Of a stretch of DNA of 64,000 bases, positions 63,758 to 64,000 are shown one piece after another (the first letter of the stretch is position 1; every line of letters starts with the position of its first letter). Made by a program: the position numbers and the translations under genes. This DNA is from Candidatus Heimdallarchaeum endolithica (GTDB lineage: Archaea; Asgardarchaeota; Heimdallarchaeia; Heimdallarchaeales; Heimdallarchaeaceae). Under the pieces are notes generated by a model. That model was not told where the DNA came from and did not search any database. It was given only the letters and a program-made list of their open reading frames with translations. Location: the NCBI GenBank assembly GCA_021513715.1, contig CP084167.1, forward strand, positions 1,120,001 to 1,184,000. The letters are read 5' to 3'.

Positions 63758-64000
63758 TTATGAATTTATAATAATTCTCTAACTACATTCATAGAATCTA
63801 TAGACTCTTGTAAACTTAATTCATATACAATGGGTCATTTAAACTTCTTTCTAATCAGAAATTCTATGAAACTTTTTACTGGTAAGTCTAGGGAACCTAA
63901 AGTTTTATGTTCTAACCCTGGAAATCTGCCATCATGTAAAAACAGCAATTTGACTATTTAATGGAATGAACAAATGGGGGATGAATAACATTACAAATGA

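Noticed and set aside
1-64000. CRISPR array, tRNA or rRNA genes
   Set aside because: No regularly spaced repeats or GC-rich structural RNA gene seen by eye; a tRNAscan/Infernal run would be needed to exclude short RNAs
63758-64000. Possible gene end at the right edge
   Set aside because: All three minus-strand frames contain stops and no family was recognisable

Overview
Very AT-rich archaeal DNA. GGTGA ribosome-binding sites, longin-like and degenerate small-GTPase proteins and tandem-wHTH Lrp-like regulators suggest an Asgard archaeon, probably Heimdallarchaeia (inference). About 0.17-16.5 kb is an accessory/defence-like island with many decayed genes: a TIGR04255-like 3-gene cassette, an interrupted Smr gene, an ABC-type ATPase plus an uncalled PD-(D/E)xK nuclease, a TGT-like/antitoxin/GNAT-toxin cassette, and a HEPN gene. 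The rest is mostly housekeeping, membrane and transport genes, an ECF Co/Ni transporter, a TusA/DsrE/SQR sulfur-relay cluster and a decayed IS5-like element. The top signal is an RNA-guided mobile system. A 1.84-kb element carrying a TnpB nuclease with a Fanzor-type rearranged RuvC site and 12-bp inverted ends splits a GNAT gene. Two near-identical 373-bp non-coding mini-elements use the same CCATG target and carry what looks like a stand-alone omega-RNA, whose predicted terminal pseudoknot co-varies with that of the TnpB element. No rRNA, tRNA or CRISPR array was recognised.
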